From Candidatus Fimihabitans intestinipullorum (GTDB lineage Bacteria > Bacillota_I > Bacilli_A > RF39 > UBA660), in the NCBI GenBank assembly GCA_018714965.1, contig DVML01000022.1, positions 1,065 through 65,064 of the forward strand: a stretch of DNA of 64,000 bases. The letters are read 5' to 3'. Below are positions 51,812 through 62,165 of the stretch, in pieces. The notes beneath the pieces were generated by a model. It saw nothing but the letters and a program-made list of their open reading frames with translations. It made no database searches and had not been told where the DNA came from. Each line of letters starts with the position of its first letter. Within the stretch, counting starts at the first letter, position 1. A program made the translations under genes and the position numbers.

Positions 51812-52825
51812 ATGAAACAAACAATTTTAACTGGAATTCGTCCAACAGGGAAGTTACATTTAGGACATTATTTTGGAGCAACGAGAAATTGGGTATCCCT
51901 TCAAAACGATTACCGTACTTTTATAGAAATTGCTGATGTTCAAGCGTTAACTGATAATTTTCATCATCCAGAAAAGGTAAGGGAGAATGTTCGTGAAATT
52001 ACGCTTGATCTATTAGCGGCAGGAATCGATCCTAATAAGGCTACCATTTTTATTCAATCGATGATACCTGAAATTGCTGAATTGACTGTTTTTTATTCTA
52101 ATTTGGTTACGATTGCGAGACTTCATCGTAATCCAACAGTGAAAACAGAAGTAAAGCAAAAAAAGGAATTGTTTGGAAACCAAGGAGAAAGCATTACATA
52201 TGGCTTCTTAGGCTATCCTGTAAGTCAAGCTGCCGATATCACTGCATTTCACGGAGAATTGATCCCTGTGGGAGAAGATCAGTTACCGCTTATTGAACAG
52301 TGTAGAGAGATTGTTCGTAAATTTAATTCAATTTATGGAGAGTCTCTGATAGAACCAGAACCATTATTGAGTGAAAATGCTCGTATTAAGGGATTAGATG
52401 GAAATGAAAAAATGGGAAAAAGCTTAGGGAATGCAATTTATTTAGCTGACTCAGAAGAAGAAGTTTCTAAGAAAATTATGGCGGCAGTTACGGATCCTAA
52501 TAAAATTAAGAAGGATGATCCAGCAAATCCAGAAGTTTGTATGGTATACTATTATCATAAACTGGTAAGTCAAACAAATTTGAATACAATATGCTCAGAA
52601 TGTAAAAAAGGTTCGAGAGGTTGTGTTGCTTGTAAAAAAGAATTGGTTCAAAATATGATGGAATTTTTAAAACCGATTCAAGAAAAGCGACATTATTATG
52701 AAGAACGACCGGAATTAGTAGATAAAATTTTAAAAGATGGAACAGAAGTCGCTCGAAAAGAAGCTCGCAATACAATGAGAGCTGTTAGGGAAAAAATGCA
52801 AATTGATTATTTTGAAGAAAAGTAG
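51812..52825 (+). CDS. trpS: Tryptophan--tRNA ligase
   Basis: GIRPTGKLHLGHYFG (HIGH), KMGKS (KMSKS); 337 aa. Confidence 0.9.
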   Translation: MKQTILTGIRPTGKLHLGHYFGATRNWVSLQNDYRTFIEIADVQALTDNFHHPEKVRENVREITLDLLAAGIDPNKATIFIQSMIPEIAELTVFYSNLVTIARLHRNPTVKTEVKQKKELFGNQGESITYGFLGYPVSQAADITAFHGELIPVGEDQLPLIEQCREIVRKFNSIYGESLIEPEPLLSENARIKGLDGNEKMGKSLGNAIYLADSEEEVSKKIMAAVTDPNKIKKDDPANPEVCMVYYYHKLVSQTNLNTICSECKKGSRGCVACKKELVQNMMEFLKPIQEKRHYYEERPELVDKILKDGTEVARKEARNTMRAVREKMQIDYFEEK

Positions 52826-52897
52826 GAAACTACTTTTTTTGTTGACAAAATAAAATTGCTTGCTATAATAGTTAGTCGATTAGAAAGAAGTGGGTTT

Positions 52898-53494
52898 ATG
52901 AAATATTGGAAGTGGGGACTAGCATTTATAATAGGAACACCAATAGGTTTGGGGATCGCCGGATTATACATGTTGATCATTATGGGGAATTATCCTCTTT
53001 GGATGTGGTTGGTATCTATTGTAGGTGCTGGTGTGTTAGCAACAGGAATTACTAAGTTTTGCGATCGACGAAGTGGGCAACAAGATACATCGGATGAGAA
53101 TTTGACCATTGATTGGAAAACGGTAGATTTTGAAGCTGAGGCAAAACAAGAGTTAAATAAAAGTAACAAACCAAACAAAACAATGCAAGTGCAAGCTTCA
53201 ACTTCGAAAAAAATAGTGTCAGAAGAATTAACTTATGATCGAGAACTGGAGAATCAAATTTTTGCTGATTGTTTTGCTAATGCTATATCGGAGATGCAAC
53301 AGTCCGAAGCGTTAACAGAACCACATACGGTATTGGATGCGAGTGATCATAATAACTCACAAAATGATGGTTTGAATAACACAAAAAGTTATGATGATTT
53401 GGATCCATTTGATGTTAATGAAATTTATTTTGAAGCATTACAATCATACTTATCAAAGACAAAAGAAGAAAACGGTTATCAAAAAAGAAAATAA
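52898..53494 (+). CDS. Membrane protein, unknown function
   Basis: Start trimmed to MKYWKW; two TM segments then an acidic tail. Confidence 0.5.
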   Translation: MKYWKWGLAFIIGTPIGLGIAGLYMLIIMGNYPLWMWLVSIVGAGVLATGITKFCDRRSGQQDTSDENLTIDWKTVDFEAEAKQELNKSNKPNKTMQVQASTSKKIVSEELTYDRELENQIFADCFANAISEMQQSEALTEPHTVLDASDHNNSQNDGLNNTKSYDDLDPFDVNEIYFEALQSYLSKTKEENGYQKRK

Positions 53495-53566
53495 CTGTTT
53501 TTTTTTGACAATTGACATTGCTGTAAAAAAGATTTAAAATTGCATTGATTAAAGAATAGAGGGAAG

Positions 53567-54301
53567 ATGAACATGAAAAAGAAGTATCGTAAAAAACTGC
53601 AAATAACTCTAATTGGTATTTTGCTATGTGGAATTGGAGGAATTGGGTATTATCAAGAAGATGTGATTCATTGGATCCAATCGTTGCAACCTGTTGCTTC
53701 CTATGATATGAGTTCTATCCCTAACTATAGTGGGGATAGTTATGTTGTAATCAATGAAAACCAACCTGATTTTAATGAAGAAGATATGATGACGGCATCA
53801 TTCGAATCATATAGTGATCAAGATGTGTTAGGAAGAAGTGGAATTGCCTTTGCCAATATTGGAAAAGATTTGATGCCAACAGAAGAAAGAGGATCTATTG
53901 GGATGATTAAGCCAACGGGATGGCACACTGTAAAGTATGATATTGTAGATGGAAAATATCTTTATAATCGTTGCCATTTGATTGGATATCAATTAACGGG
54001 AGAAAATGCAAACGAGAAGAATTTGATTACTTGTACAAGATCTATGAATACTGAGGGAATGTTGCCTTTTGAGAATCAAGTGGCAGAATACATTGAAAAG
54101 ACGGGGAATCATGTTTTATATCGAGTTACCCCTGTCTATAAAGATCGTAATTTATTAGCAAGTGGAGTTCAAATAGAGGCTAAATCAGTCGAAGACAATG
54201 GAGAAGGAGTCTGTTTTAATGTCTATGTTTATAATGTTCAAGAAGGAATTGAAATAGATTACCGAACAGGTGAGAGTCAATTACTTTCAGAGGCTCATTA
54301 A
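53567..54301 (+). CDS. Secreted/membrane-anchored DNA/RNA non-specific endonuclease (DNA-entry nuclease family)
   Basis: N-terminal anchor; GWH...YLYNRCHLIGYQLTGENANEKNLITCTRSMN. Confidence 0.7.
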   Translation: MNMKKKYRKKLQITLIGILLCGIGGIGYYQEDVIHWIQSLQPVASYDMSSIPNYSGDSYVVINENQPDFNEEDMMTASFESYSDQDVLGRSGIAFANIGKDLMPTEERGSIGMIKPTGWHTVKYDIVDGKYLYNRCHLIGYQLTGENANEKNLITCTRSMNTEGMLPFENQVAEYIEKTGNHVLYRVTPVYKDRNLLASGVQIEAKSVEDNGEGVCFNVYVYNVQEGIEIDYRTGESQLLSEAH

Positions 54302-54371
54302 GAAACTTTTTACCACCGCTTGTAAACTGAGATGAAAAACGATATACTAATACCTATAGGATGTTGGTGGT

Positions 54372-55646
54372 ATGATGAGAAAGTTAGTATTAGAATTTGT
54401 CATTGTTTGGATTGCTTTTTTCGGAATTCAAGCAATTGTAAAACATTATCGAGGTGGGCAATTGATTACTTATATGGTTTCTGAAAAAGGAACTAAGTAT
54501 AAGATTACAGAAAATTATACAAAGAGAAAAAAGAATAATAGAAATGCTTATTACTTTGATATTAAAGCGAACGACGAACATTTTATCTTTCAAACATATG
54601 AATCTTTTGGCCATCAACAAAATTTAATTCAAGCGATACATGAATATCGCGATGATCAAGTTCAATGTATTCTACCTGTTTTGAAAGAAAATAAAGTTGT
54701 TACAGATATGATCTGTAAAGAACAGGAAGATCAAATATATTATCGCGAAATTCAGGGGAAATATGAAAAGTTAGATGAGTATGTATCAAATTTGAAATTG
54801 TTACAAGAAGCATATCGCACATTTCTAAAAAAGGAAAATACAGTGAAAGTGGGAACATCTAAAATTTATACACAGGCTCTACCAGATGATAAAGCGATCG
54901 CAGTAAGCGATTATCGTGGTATTACGATGATAAATGCGGACGGAAAAAAAGAAGCGCAAGATGTTTTTAAAGGTGATGTCTACGATCAAAAAATCAAAGC
55001 ACTGATCGGGAAATATTATTTGATTGCTGATTATGAACAGCCATTTGAAATCGATCGTTTTTATCTGGTGGATTTAGCAAAAAATAAAAAAGAAGTCATC
55101 GAATCTAAATATATGATTTCGAAAGATTCTTATGTTCAAGGAATTGTTGAAAATTCAGTTTATTTATATGATCGAAGTAATCAAAAACAGTATGAAATAA
55201 ATGTGGTAGATAAAACAGTTTATGAGGTTGGAAATGTTAATTTGAAGATTCAATATTACGATGGCGCAAAATGGAGTCAAAAGGAAATGTACGATATAGC
55301 AACCACCGATATCTATTTTGAAACATATCCGGTGGTGACTGAAAAAAATTCTAATTATGATAAAGTGATCCGAGTTGGAGGAACAGTGACAGGATATTAT
55401 TATTACTTTCAAAGCGTTGGAGATGCATATAAAGTGTATCGTGCACCGGTTCAAAACAGCGAGATTAAGACATATGTGTTTACAACCACCTCCCTTTCTC
55501 AGATTTATTATGCCGGAGACGATGTTTATTTTATGAATCATAATGATGTTCAAAAGTTCTGTGAAATTTCAGGGGTTCAAACAGTCTTGACAAATACGGA
55601 GTTTGAATTTAATTCGACAATTTTGTATGGAATATATGAACAATAA
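54372..55646 (+). CDS. Membrane-anchored hypothetical protein
   Basis: 424 aa; N-terminal TM. Confidence 0.5.
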   Translation: MMRKLVLEFVIVWIAFFGIQAIVKHYRGGQLITYMVSEKGTKYKITENYTKRKKNNRNAYYFDIKANDEHFIFQTYESFGHQQNLIQAIHEYRDDQVQCILPVLKENKVVTDMICKEQEDQIYYREIQGKYEKLDEYVSNLKLLQEAYRTFLKKENTVKVGTSKIYTQALPDDKAIAVSDYRGITMINADGKKEAQDVFKGDVYDQKIKALIGKYYLIADYEQPFEIDRFYLVDLAKNKKEVIESKYMISKDSYVQGIVENSVYLYDRSNQKQYEINVVDKTVYEVGNVNLKIQYYDGAKWSQKEMYDIATTDIYFETYPVVTEKNSNYDKVIRVGGTVTGYYYYFQSVGDAYKVYRAPVQNSEIKTYVFTTTSLSQIYYAGDDVYFMNHNDVQKFCEISGVQTVLTNTEFEFNSTILYGIYEQ

Positions 55647-55647
55647 G

Positions 55648-55672
55648 AAGGAAATTTAGTTTCCTTTTTTTA
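55648..55672 (+). terminator. Rho-independent terminator
   Basis: AAGGAAA tttag TTTCCTT followed by a T-run. Confidence 0.65.
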
Positions 55673-55704
55673 ATGATTACATATTGTAAAATAGGGGGGA
55701 TATC

Positions 55705-56160
55705 ATGTATCGAATCTATCAAGTACAGAAAGAGGAAACTTTGGATCAAATCGCTAAAAACTTTGATGTTACTGCAAACTTGTTACGAGAATTAAATGGT
55801 TTTTCAAATGATTATGTAGTGAGAGAAGGGGAAAGAATCATCGTTCCAAGAGAACCATCGACATTTTCTAGGTATGTAGTAAAAAAAGGAGATACCTTAT
55901 ACAGTCTGGCGCAAAAGCATGGAGTGACAGTCGCACAACTTGCTATGTTAAATGGACTAGATGACGATGATTATTTATATGTTGATCAGGTGCTTGTTGT
56001 ACCAAAAGAAAATACAGAATTTTATATTACAGAAGACAATGATACTTTAACAAAGGTGGCAAGTTATTTTCAGACGACACCAAAAGTGTTAGTGGAACAG
56101 AATAAGACAATCTATTTGATGCCAGAACAATTGATAATTTATAAAAAAGAGAAAATATAG
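55705..56160 (+). CDS. Protein with three LysM repeats
   Basis: Three LysM-like repeats (YQVQKEETLDQIAKNF..., YVVKKGDTLYSLAQKHG..., YITEDNDTLTKVASYF...). Confidence 0.7.
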   Translation: MYRIYQVQKEETLDQIAKNFDVTANLLRELNGFSNDYVVREGERIIVPREPSTFSRYVVKKGDTLYSLAQKHGVTVAQLAMLNGLDDDDYLYVDQVLVVPKENTEFYITEDNDTLTKVASYFQTTPKVLVEQNKTIYLMPEQLIIYKKEKI

Positions 56161-56217
56161 TAAATCTCTTTTTTTTTGTTAATCTTTGGTATATAATAAA
56201 AAAAGTAGGTGGTAGAT

Positions 56218-56634
56218 ATGAAGAAATTATGTATGATTGTTTTATGCTCTTGCCTTATGATGTTGTTTGTTGGATGTTCTTCTAAACTATCCACTTATAC
56301 GACAATTTCATTAGATGAGGTATATGAGAAACTAGATCAAAAAGATAGCTTTATCTTGACTATTGGTTCTGCAAGTTGTAGTCATTGTGCCAGCTTTAAG
56401 CCGAAAATGGAGACCGTAATTAAGCTACATCAAGTTGAGGTATTCTACATAGATGTTTCAAAATTAAGCGAAGATGATTATAAGGGATTTATACAACGAA
56501 TGAATTTCACTGGAACGCCAACAACTATTTTCTTTGAAGATGGAAAAGAAACAGCGATGTCCAATCGAATAGAAGGAGATAAAGATATCGAAGTGATTGA
56601 ATCTAAAATGCGAAAAATGGGATACATAGAATAA
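56218..56634 (+). CDS. Thioredoxin-fold lipoprotein
   Basis: Lipobox LFVGC; CSHC redox motif. Confidence 0.6.
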   Translation: MKKLCMIVLCSCLMMLFVGCSSKLSTYTTISLDEVYEKLDQKDSFILTIGSASCSHCASFKPKMETVIKLHQVEVFYIDVSKLSEDDYKGFIQRMNFTGTPTTIFFEDGKETAMSNRIEGDKDIEVIESKMRKMGYIE

Positions 56635-56644
56635 GGAGGGATTT

Positions 56645-57742
56645 ATGAACGGAAATCAGGATGTATTTGATCCGATGGGAACTGGAAAATATCGTGGTGA
56701 ATCAGTTTCTAACGTGGCACCGGTGGATGTGCAACCAATTGTGGTACCTGAAACTCCGCAGGAAAACGTGACCGAAAGTCCAAAACAGACACCATTAACG
56801 TTTAGTGTTTTGGAGCGTTATGGGGAAGATTTGACAGCGAAACAATATATTACAAATCCTGCTATCGCACGAGAAGAAGAAATAAAGCGAATGATTATCA
56901 TATTGTTGACTCCAGAAAAATCAGCGCTTTTGGTTGGAAAACCTGGTATCGGGAAGACAGCTATAGTGGAAGGGCTTGCTTATCTAATAGAGAGAGATCA
57001 AGTTCCGGATGCTCTAAAAGGATATCGCATTATTAAATTGAATTCGACTTCTTTAGTGGGAAAGATTTTAATTAACGGAAAAGAAGAACTCATTATGAAT
57101 ATTTTAGTTGATGAGTTAAAACACGCAACGAAAACGATCGTCTTTATTGATGAAATTCATACTTTGATTGGAGGTCAAACAGAGTCCATGGATTTGGCTA
57201 ATATGCTAAAGGCTGGACTGGATCGTGGAGAAATTAAAGCAATTGGAGCGACGACAACGATAGAATACGATACTTATATCGTAAGAGACCGTGCTTTTTT
57301 AAGACGATTTGATCGTATTGATATTGCAGAGCCTGATGAGGCAACAACGGTAAAAATATTGATGGGAACGTTGCCTAAAATATCAAAGCAAACAGGAATA
57401 TCATTTAAATATAACGATTATGTTTGTGAATTATTAATGGAATCTATCGTAAGTGCGACATCCGAATATAAACGTGTATACGGATTATCTGCTATGTACC
57501 CAGACGTTTCTCTTTCTGTTTTGACACAAGCTTTTTCTCAGGCATTGTTTCATAACAAAAAAGAAGTAACGATCGAGGATGTTTATAATGCGATTAAAAC
57601 AAGCAAACGAATCTATCCTGACAGTATTGTGAAGGAATTAGCTCTTTTTAAGCAAAAGTTTGCTAAATTGTGTGCAGAAGAAAATATCGTGCTGCCAGAT
57701 GTCACATTAGAGGAGATACAAGGACCAGTAGATGCTTTTTAA
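56645..57742 (+). CDS. Stand-alone AAA+ ATPase resembling the ClpA/B/C D1 module
   Basis: LERYGEDLT...ITNPAIAREEEIKRMIIIL...LLVGKPGIGKTAIVEGLA, Walker B VFIDEIHTL; no D2 or N-domain. Confidence 0.7.
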   Translation: MNGNQDVFDPMGTGKYRGESVSNVAPVDVQPIVVPETPQENVTESPKQTPLTFSVLERYGEDLTAKQYITNPAIAREEEIKRMIIILLTPEKSALLVGKPGIGKTAIVEGLAYLIERDQVPDALKGYRIIKLNSTSLVGKILINGKEELIMNILVDELKHATKTIVFIDEIHTLIGGQTESMDLANMLKAGLDRGEIKAIGATTTIEYDTYIVRDRAFLRRFDRIDIAEPDEATTVKILMGTLPKISKQTGISFKYNDYVCELLMESIVSATSEYKRVYGLSAMYPDVSLSVLTQAFSQALFHNKKEVTIEDVYNAIKTSKRIYPDSIVKELALFKQKFAKLCAEENIVLPDVTLEEIQGPVDAF

Positions 57743-57854
57743 CAAGCATCTTTTTTTGAGAAAATATTGTCATTTTGTAGAATAAAAGTTGTGAAAAGGA
57801 AATTGAAAAAGATACTAACTTATGGTAAAATGAAAGCAGAGTGGAGGCGATGAT

Positions 57855-58379
57855 ATGAAGAAAGAAAAGATAGAGATGAAAAACTATGTCATCTTTGGGT
57901 TTGTCTGCGTTGTTTCTGTTTTTCTTGTGTGGTATTGTGCTAGCTGGTATCGTACAACAGAGGAGTACCGTGTAGAAACATCGCCGATCGTGGAAATGAT
58001 ATCCGAAATTCACATGGATGAGGTATCAAATTATATTTTAGACAATGGAAATATTACTATTTATGTCACTTCTTTTGCGGCGGAACCAAACATGGAATTC
58101 GAGAAGGAACTAAAGAAATTGATTTTAAAACACGAATTAAACGATACAATTGTCGTACTCGATCGAGACAAAATCACAAATGATCAATTTTTCCAATCTT
58201 TAGCAGATCAATTTTTATCTGAAGAATTGAAGCAAAAAAACATCAGTTTAGGATACGTACCAAATTTACTTGTGTTTGAGAATGGAAAGATTGTGGATGT
58301 ATATAATACTAACAATCAAATTACATCTTATGATAAATTAGAAGAGTTTGTTTTAAAACATCAGGAGATGGAAGAATGA
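57855..58379 (+). CDS. Membrane-anchored thioredoxin-like protein lacking CxxC
   Basis: N-terminal TM; fold inferred from similarity in layout to 56218; weak. Confidence 0.35.
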   Translation: MKKEKIEMKNYVIFGFVCVVSVFLVWYCASWYRTTEEYRVETSPIVEMISEIHMDEVSNYILDNGNITIYVTSFAAEPNMEFEKELKKLILKHELNDTIVVLDRDKITNDQFFQSLADQFLSEELKQKNISLGYVPNLLVFENGKIVDVYNTNNQITSYDKLEEFVLKHQEMEE

Positions 58380-58894
58380 TACATATTGTTTTATATCAAC
58401 CAGAAATACCACAAAATACAGGAAATATTATGAGAACCTGCGCGGGGACTGGTGCACATTTACATTTGATAAAACCATTAGGATTTTCAATGGATGAAAG
58501 TCGTCTACGCCGTAGTGGTGTTAATTATTTAGAACATTGTCATTATACAATCTATGAAAATTTCGATGAATTTAAGGAAAAAAATCCAGGAACGTATTAT
58601 TATTTGACAAGGTACGGGACTAAACCTTACACGTCGTTTGATTATAGTGATCAAGAGGAAGAGATTTATTTGATATTTGGAAAAGAAAGCACAGGAATTC
58701 CAAAGGAACTATTACAACAAGATCTAGAACATTGCATGAGAATACCGATTAACGAACATATCAGAGCGCTTAATTTATCGAATTGTGTAGCTATTATGCT
58801 GTTTGAAGTTTTGAGACAACAGAATTATCGTGATTTATTACAATTTGATCCATTTAAGGGAGCAGATTACTTGACACAGAGCGAAAAACAATAA
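58376..58894 (+). CDS. trmL: tRNA (cytidine/uridine-2'-O)-methyltransferase TrmL (SpoU family)
   Basis: IVLYQPEIPQNTGNIMRTCAGTGAHLHLIKPLGF; LNLSNCVAIMLFE. Confidence 0.8.
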   Translation: MIHIVLYQPEIPQNTGNIMRTCAGTGAHLHLIKPLGFSMDESRLRRSGVNYLEHCHYTIYENFDEFKEKNPGTYYYLTRYGTKPYTSFDYSDQEEEIYLIFGKESTGIPKELLQQDLEHCMRIPINEHIRALNLSNCVAIMLFEVLRQQNYRDLLQFDPFKGADYLTQSEKQ

Positions 58895-58956
58895 AAAAAA
58901 TATTGTTATTTTTCTAAAATAATGATAACATATAAGAAGAATAAAGGAGGGGCTGT

Positions 58957-59580
58957 ATGGATTTTGTCATCGAAAATTATATATGGTTTTTAATTATCGG
59001 AGTTGTTTTAGTTATGGCTTTGATTGGATATATTGCGGAAAAAACAGATTTTGTTAAAGAAAAAGAGCCTAAAGAGAAGAAGCAAAAAAAATCGAAAAAG
59101 AATGTAAAAGAGGTTGCCGAAGAAACAAAAGAAGAACCACAATTAGAACAAAGTGAAGTGGCACCACAGCCAGAAGTCCCACAATCAACGACAGGGACAG
59201 CAATGGATTGGGAGTTACCTTCTACAGTTGGAGAAGTTTCAAGTTCATCTGTAGATGACATTTCTAATATACCAGTTGATGTCATGAATGACATGAGTAC
59301 TTCAACGGTAGAACCAGAGGAGATGTCTTCATTACCAGAGGCAAATTTGGAGATCAATAATGATTCCGAAGAGGAAGTTGTTGATTTATCTGATGTTACA
59401 ACACAATTAGAGCCTCAATTAGCAGAAGCAAAATTTCAAATTGCTCCAGAACCGGAGGAGATTACTCCAATCGACGAGAAGAAAACTTCAGCGAAACAAA
59501 AGAAGGGAAAAAAGAAAAAGGAAACAAAAGAAACAAGTGTGGATGATAATTCATCACTAGATGATATATGGAAATTTTAG
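58957..59580 (+). CDS. Membrane-anchored acidic low-complexity protein
   Basis: N-terminal TM; Glu/Ser/Pro-rich body. Confidence 0.5.
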   Translation: MDFVIENYIWFLIIGVVLVMALIGYIAEKTDFVKEKEPKEKKQKKSKKNVKEVAEETKEEPQLEQSEVAPQPEVPQSTTGTAMDWELPSTVGEVSSSSVDDISNIPVDVMNDMSTSTVEPEEMSSLPEANLEINNDSEEEVVDLSDVTTQLEPQLAEAKFQIAPEPEEITPIDEKKTSAKQKKGKKKKETKETSVDDNSSLDDIWKF

Positions 59581-59672
59581 AATGGATTTACCATTCTTTT
59601 TCTTTCTCTTGTTATTTCCAAACGAAGCTGAATATGATATAATGGGTAGGACAGGTTAGATGGAGGTTAGAT

Positions 59673-60491
59673 ATGACATTTGATAGTATTGTATTATTTG
59701 CCAGAAGATTTTTAGACGTATTGCTCGTATGGCTCGTTTTATACTACATGTTAAAAAGCTTGCGAAAAAACGTCAAAATGGTGTTATTATTTAAAGGAAT
59801 TTTATTTATTGTAATTTTAAAAATTATTAGTGATGTTTTAAATTTAGTTACGATAGGATATTTGTTAGATTATGTAATCATGTGGGGGCCTTTAGCAATT
59901 ATCATTATTTTCCAACCTGAGATACGTACCGTATTGGAACAATTAGGGCGAAGTCAGCTGTTGGGTCGTCATAAAGTTTTAACTGTAGACGAACGTGAAA
60001 AAATAGTATATGAAATTATGCAGGCAGTAGAATATTTAAAACGCGCACGAATCGGAGCATTGATCGTTATCGAACGTGACAACAGTCTTGTTGAGTATAT
60101 TGAAAAATCAAAAAAGATTTATGCGGATATTTCTAGTGAACTTTTAATTTCATTGTTTTTTCCGAATAATCCAATGCATGATGGTGGTGTTATTATTCAA
60201 GGAGATAAGATTACGAGTGCAGGGGCAGTATTTCCTACGAGCGATAATTTAAAAATTAGTAAACGTCTTGGAACTCGCCATAGAGCTGCACTAGGAATCT
60301 CAGAAGAAACTGATTGTATTGCATTGATCGTATCAGAAGAGACAGGTCGAATTTCCATCGCGATCGGTGGAGAATTGAACTACAATCTGACTCTTGACGA
60401 GTTTAAATTGATGCTTTTAGACGAATTAAGACCTAAGAAGGCATTGATTTTAGAAGAGGAGGATGAAGAAACTGATGAGATGGATAAGTAA
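59673..60491 (+). CDS. cdaA: Diadenylate cyclase CdaA
   Basis: Three N-terminal TM segments; DAC domain motifs HDGGVII and GTRHRAALGISEETD. Confidence 0.9.
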   Translation: MTFDSIVLFARRFLDVLLVWLVLYYMLKSLRKNVKMVLLFKGILFIVILKIISDVLNLVTIGYLLDYVIMWGPLAIIIIFQPEIRTVLEQLGRSQLLGRHKVLTVDEREKIVYEIMQAVEYLKRARIGALIVIERDNSLVEYIEKSKKIYADISSELLISLFFPNNPMHDGGVIIQGDKITSAGAVFPTSDNLKISKRLGTRHRAALGISEETDCIALIVSEETGRISIAIGGELNYNLTLDEFKLMLLDELRPKKALILEEEDEETDEMDK

Positions 60492-61821
60492 TTTTTTTCG
60501 AAATATTTGGAAATTAATCGATAAAAAAATTGTAGTTCCAATTACAAAATTGATTTTGTATTTTACGGAACAATTTGAAAAGTCAGGAAAGCGCGTTGAA
60601 AAATGGCTTTCTAAAAGTACTACATTATTATTTATTTCTTTATTCTTAGCAATTGTAATGTTTGTGATTGTCGATCAAAAGGTATTATTATTTAGTGAAA
60701 ATTCAGCAGAGGTGTTGAAAAAGCAACCTGTAAATGTCATTTATAATGAAGAAGCTTATGTGATTGAAGGATTACCTTCGACAGTAGATGTTACTCTGAT
60801 TGGACGCAAAGCAGATTTATATTTTGCAAAGCAATCTCCGTCTAATGATATCAATGTTGATTTATCAGGATTGAAACCTGGGACACACAAGGTTAATATT
60901 AAATATAATCAAGTGCTACCATCTATAGACTATAAAGTCAATCCTTCCGTAGCAACAGTTATTATATATCCAAAAGTATCAGAGACGCGTACGCTAACAC
61001 TAGATGTATTAAATCAAGACAGTTTGGATTCAAAATTGGTGATCAAAGATATTAATGTTGATAGTGATAAAGTGGTTATCAAAGGAGCTGAACATGTTTT
61101 GTCTAATGTTGCAACTGTAAAGGGACTTGTAGATGTAAAAAAATTAGTGACGCAAGAAGTCGGAACAGTAGAATTAAAAGATGTGGTGTTAAAAGCATAT
61201 GACGACAACGGAAATGTTGTAAAAAATGTCGAAATTGTACCAAATAAGATTGATGCCGAAATTGAAATTGCATCTCCTAGTAAAGAATTACCAATCAAAG
61301 TAGTGCCAAAAGGAGATGTAAGCTTTGGTAAGGCAATTAAATCTATTGAACTGTCTGATACAAAGGTAACTGTATATGGTTCGGAAGAAGTGCTTGCTGA
61401 GTTAAAATCTGTTCCAGTAGAAGTTGACGTTAAAGACTTGAAAGAAGATCGAGAGTATAAATTATCATTGAAAAAACCAGTAGGCGTGAATGCAATGTCG
61501 GTAAATAACGTGACTGTCGGAATTACGTTAGGAGATTCTGTTGATAAAGAAATTAGTGGAATCAATATAGAATATCGTAATTTAAATGATAATTATGCAG
61601 TTCAAGGAATTAGTCAAGAAGATACGATGGTTTCTGTCATCGTTAAAGGAGTATCGACCGTTATCAATAGTATTCGTACAGAGGATGTAGTCGCATATCT
61701 TGATCTAAAAGGATATGGTGAAGGAGAACACGAGGTGGCTGTTGAAGTAGATCAGACTGATAGTCGTGTGCAATATGTTCCAAAGACGAAAAAAGTTAAA
61801 ATAAGAATTGTACGAAAATAA
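60463..61821 (+). CDS. cdaR: CdaA regulator CdaR (YbbR-domain repeats)
   Basis: N-terminal TM followed by repeated YbbR-like beta domains; overlaps the cdaA stop. Confidence 0.8.
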   Translation: MKKLMRWISNFFRNIWKLIDKKIVVPITKLILYFTEQFEKSGKRVEKWLSKSTTLLFISLFLAIVMFVIVDQKVLLFSENSAEVLKKQPVNVIYNEEAYVIEGLPSTVDVTLIGRKADLYFAKQSPSNDINVDLSGLKPGTHKVNIKYNQVLPSIDYKVNPSVATVIIYPKVSETRTLTLDVLNQDSLDSKLVIKDINVDSDKVVIKGAEHVLSNVATVKGLVDVKKLVTQEVGTVELKDVVLKAYDDNGNVVKNVEIVPNKIDAEIEIASPSKELPIKVVPKGDVSFGKAIKSIELSDTKVTVYGSEEVLAELKSVPVEVDVKDLKEDREYKLSLKKPVGVNAMSVNNVTVGITLGDSVDKEISGINIEYRNLNDNYAVQGISQEDTMVSVIVKGVSTVINSIRTEDVVAYLDLKGYGEGEHEVAVEVDQTDSRVQYVPKTKKVKIRIVRK

Positions 61822-61851
61822 AACTTCAGCAATAAAACGCTGAAGTTTTTT
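61821..61851. terminator. Terminator hairpin between convergent genes
   Basis: AACTTCAGC aataaaac GCTGAAGTT followed by a T-run. Confidence 0.7.
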
Positions 61852-62077
61852 AATGATCGCTGTGCAAATGATGGAAAAATATTCCGATGTTAATTAGTCC
61901 ACAGATTGCTACGATTACATATATAATTCGAGACAACATACTCATGTCTCCAAATAGTGTTGCCACGAGATCGAATTCGAAAAGCCCGATTAATCCCCAA
62001 TTGATAGCACCGATAATTGTAAACACGAGCGCTGTTTTTTGAATTGTTTCCATTTCCTTACTCCTTTCAGTTATCAT
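61850..62077 (-). CDS. DUF378-family small membrane protein
   Basis: ALVFTIIGAINWGLIGLFEFDLVATLFG pattern. Confidence 0.65.
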   Translation of the reverse strand: MITERSKEMETIQKTALVFTIIGAINWGLIGLFEFDLVATLFGDMSMLSRIIYVIVAICGLINIGIFFHHLHSDH

Positions 62078-62165
62078 TAATTATCATGGCTAGAAAAAAG
62101 TAAAATATTCGTTCATATTTGAAAAAAATGTCCATATAATTTAATAGATAAAAAATTGGGGTGAG

